Of a stretch of DNA of 25,327 bases, positions 24,140 through 25,327 are shown piece by piece; positions within the stretch are counted from its first letter, which is position 1; each line of letters begins with the position of its first letter. The notes beneath the pieces were generated by a model. The model searched no databases. It saw only the letters and a program-made list of their open reading frames with translations, and was not told the origin of the DNA. The DNA comes from an uncultured virus (IMG/VR IMGVR_UViG_2711768086_000002) (taxonomy: Duplodnaviria > Heunggongvirae > Uroviricota > Caudoviricetes): IMG/VR virus record IMGVR_UViG_2711768086_000002; one strand, given 5' to 3'. Position numbers and translations under genes: made by a program.

Positions 24140-25327
24140 CGGCCATGGTCCCGGACACCGCAGGCGGCCCGTTGATCGGGTCGTTGTGCAGCGGGTATGG
24201 CGGGCTCGACCTCGGCGTCCAAGCCGCGCTCGGCGGCCGTCTGGCCTGGCACGCTGAGACCGAGCCCGGCCCGTCCGCGATCCTCGCCCGCCACTGGCCC
24301 GGCGTGCCGAACCTGGGCGACATCACCAGCATCGACTGGTCGACCGTCCCGGGGGTGTGCGTCCTCACGGCGGGTTTCCCCTGTCAAAGACGTCTCGGTC
24401 GCCGGCCGCCGCGCCGGGCTCAACTCCGAAACCCGATCCGGTCTTTGGCTGCACGTGGCTCGCGCTGTCGAGGCCCTGCGCCCGCACCTCCTGGTGGTCG
24501 AGAATGTACGAGGACTGCTCACCTCCCCCGCTGTCGCCAGCTCCGGTGGCGACGTGGAACGCTGCCCGTGGTGTCTGGGAGACGACCCAACCCAGCCTGA
24601 TCTGCGGGCACTTGGCGCCGTACTGGGCACCCTGGCCGAGCTTCGGTACGACGCGAAGTGGCTCGTGCTTCGCGCCTCCGACGTCGGTGCACCCCACCAC
24701 CGAGCCAGGGTCTTCCTCACCGCCTGGCCCGCCGACCACGGCGTTGCTCAAGACCCCGACAAGCAACATCGGCTCCAACGGCGGCAGCCAGCACCCGGAG
24801 AAGAGGAAGCGCGGCGGCCACGGCCCGAACCTGGCGGACGAGGTGGAGTGGCTGCTGCCCACTCCGAAGGCGTCGGACGGGATCAAGGGCTCGCCGAACC
24901 AGCGGCACGGCGGCGGGGACCTGACCCTGCCCTCGGCAGCAGCCTCGCTGCGGCCCTCCTCGCCCCGGAACCCGGCCTCACGCTCCCGGCGCCGGGCCTC
25001 GCCGGTCTCGACGGCGGTAGTGCTGCCGCTGTGGCCGCAGGGCGACTCGACCCCGGACGGTGGGGACCGTACGCCGGAGCCGTCGCCCGATGGGAGACGC
25101 TCACCCGCCCGGCGCCGGCGGCCACCGACGAGGGCGGCAAGCTCCGCGCGGAGTTCGTCGAGTGGATGCAAGGGCTTGAGGCGGGCTGGGTGACAGCCAC
25201 CCCCGGGCTCGGCCGCCCGGCCCAGCTCACCGCGCTCGGCAACGGCGTCGTTCCCCAACAGGCTAAGCGGGCATTGGAGTTGCTGGCTCCTCATTTCCGG
25301 CGCTGTGCCCGCTGCCGTGCCGAGTGA
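24136..25327 (+). pseudogene. C5-cytosine DNA methyltransferase with +1 frameshift at 24386-24388 (or sequencing error)
   Basis: Motif I SLCSGYGG, GDI, motif IV GFPCQ then shifted DVSVAG, VI ENV, VIII GAPHHRARVF, IX-like FVEWMQGL, X LGNGVVP. Confidence 0.9.
24504..25193 (+). CDS. Overprinted alternative-frame ORF inside the C5 methyltransferase (candidate second subunit)
   Basis: ATG within GAG AAT GTA (ENV); 229 aa with repeated LLKTPTSN...GG...NLADEV and LLPTPKASD...GG.DLTLPSAA units. Confidence 0.6.
   Translation: MYEDCSPPPLSPAPVATWNAARGVWETTQPSLICGHLAPYWAPWPSFGTTRSGSCFAPPTSVHPTTEPGSSSPPGPPTTALLKTPTSNIGSNGGSQHPEKRKRGGHGPNLADEVEWLLPTPKASDGIKGSPNQRHGGGDLTLPSAAASLRPSSPRNPASRSRRRASPVSTAVVLPLWPQGDSTPDGGDRTPEPSPDGRRSPARRRRPPTRAASSARSSSSGCKGLRRAG

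Larger units (their letters stand above)
2370..25327. mobile_element. T4SS-type integrative conjugative element (partial; continues beyond window)
   Basis: Starts at tRNA att core; carries VirB4, VirD4, VirB6-like, PrgI-like, pilin-like, NlpC/P60, relaxase-like and methyltransferase genes. Confidence 0.88.

Noticed and set aside
19935..24396. Programmed ribosomal frameshifting in virD4 and the methyltransferase
   Set aside because: No canonical slippery heptamer evident; both are +1 A in short A runs, better explained by error or mutation.
2370..25327. pSAM2-type AICE using FtsK/TraB dsDNA transfer
   Set aside because: No TraB/FtsK, RepSA or Spd genes seen; VirB4 and VirD4 indicate a T4SS-type ICE.

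Overview
High-GC actinobacterial (Streptomycetaceae-like; inferred from codon style and protein families) accessory DNA at a mobile-element junction. Positions 1-2326 are the end of one integrative element: a partial recombinase-domain gene, an excisionase-like HTH gene, a tyrosine integrase and a terminator. At 2327-2369 (minus strand) is the 3' half only of a tRNA-Thr(CGT), i.e. an att core. From about 2370 to the window end is a T4SS-type ICE. It encodes a NucS-like/DUF5655 nuclease, an orphan amino-DNA methyltransferase and a long + strand transfer region (NlpC/P60 hydrolase, pilin-like, VirB6-like, PrgI-like, VirB4, frameshifted VirD4), plus two degenerate relaxase-like domains, a tandem DnaB-N protein and a frameshifted C5 methyltransferase. 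Most notable: (1) nine ORFs around virB4/virD4 share a C-terminal tail (R-x-x-AAL-A-R/T-S, a Pro/Ala/Thr linker, then a basic R-x-R end) and several are built from shared modular domains, a candidate family of T4SS-translocated proteins; (2) the C5 methyltransferase gene appears to carry a second overprinted protein in another frame. Family assignments come from motif recognition by eye, not database searches.
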